From NCBI GenBank assembly GCA_013331805.1, contig DUFS01000053.1:1-12593 (forward strand): 12,593 nt of DNA, written 5' to 3'. A program made the position numbers and the translations under genes. Under the pieces are notes generated by a model. The model was given only the letters and a program-made list of their open reading frames with translations, searched no databases and had not been told where the DNA came from. This document shows positions 12,059-12,593 of this stretch, in pieces (the first letter of the stretch is position 1; the number at the start of each line of letters is the position of its first letter). This stretch comes from Candidatus Micrarchaeota archaeon. GTDB lineage: Archaea > Micrarchaeota > Micrarchaeia > Anstonellales > Anstonellaceae.

Positions 12059-12593
12059 CTTTGCACAGCTCCGGAAAGACGGCTTCGGTGACAAGGAGAT
12101 AAAGGGCATGCTAATGTCCCTCCGCCTCTTCCCCACCCCTTTCAAGGGCATCTACTACGTGCCCCTGGAGGAGGAGCGCGGCGGGTGGTTCATAGAAAAG
12201 CCCAAGCTCGCCCTTTACCAGGCCCTTGCCCTCTACCTTGGCACAAAGGGATTCTACTTTTCCTGCGCCACTGCCGAGGAGGAGGCAGGCGTTTCCTGGC
12301 ACCGGTCAGGCGAAATACACGTGGTGAACACTGCGCGCTCGGGAAGGGTTGACCTTGAGGCCCGCTCTGAGCGGAATGCTGCCAAGGGCACATACAGGTC
12401 GAAGAAAGTGGCGCGCCTGATCGCCATGTACGCGCGGAAAATCATCTTCCACAAGGCGCCAAGCGTCAAGGGTGCGAAAGCCAGGCAAACCATATACGGA
12501 AGCTTCGCTCTCCCCTCGCAGATAAAAAAGGACAGGAAACGGTTCCGTGAGCTTGCGGTTCGGCCAGAGTACGAAAAGAAGCTGGAGAGGCTG
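12036..12593 (+). CDS. AbiEi-like antitoxin/regulator, 3'-truncated by the window edge (at least 186 aa); absent from the ORF track
   Basis: SD GGAGAGGT then ATG 12036, overlapping the toxin end by 23 nt; open to the end: MLPKQAISFAQLRKDGFGDKEIKGMLMSLRLFPTPFKGIYYVP...FYFSCATAEEEAG...EIHVVN...KIIFHK...QTIYGSFALP. The KGIYY and Y-x-S-x-x-TA-x4-G patterns resemble AbiEi proteins. Confidence 0.72.
   Translation, partial: MLPKQAISFAQLRKDGFGDKEIKGMLMSLRLFPTPFKGIYYVPLEEERGGWFIEKPKLALYQALALYLGTKGFYFSCATAEEEAGVSWHRSGEIHVVNTARSGRVDLEARSERNAAKGTYRSKKVARLIAMYARKIIFHKAPSVKGAKARQTIYGSFALPSQIKKDRKRFRELAVRPEYEKKLERL

Overview
Archaeal chromosomal window (HMf-type histone, DUF359 kinase, Hef helicase, TATA boxes about 24-30 nt upstream of start codons). 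A DPANN/Micrarchaeota-like origin is only an impression. Left to right: a solo IS200/IS605 (IS1341-like) tnpB with intact RuvC triad and a recognisable right end/omegaRNA ending in TCAC 25 nt before rpiA; rpiA and a GTP-dependent dephospho-CoA kinase (+); nadE and a PMR1/SPCA-like P-type ATPase (-); a helicase-only Hef with a C-terminal PIP box, interrupted in motif V by a 532-aa AT-rich LAGLIDADG intein that carries an extra winged-helix domain (-); a divergent histone; a signal peptide/extracellular domain/TM/ArsR-like wHTH protein preceded by a repeat-palindrome array at its promoter; an exported hypothetical protein; and a toxin-first AbiEii/AbiEi-like pair behind a 41-bp inverted repeat. 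The AbiEi-like ORF runs off the window and is missing from the ORF track. The best leads are the membrane-spanning one-component regulator with its candidate operator, the apparent tnpB insertion into the rpiA TATA box, and the wHTH-bearing intein. All calls are from motif recognition by eye; no searches were run.
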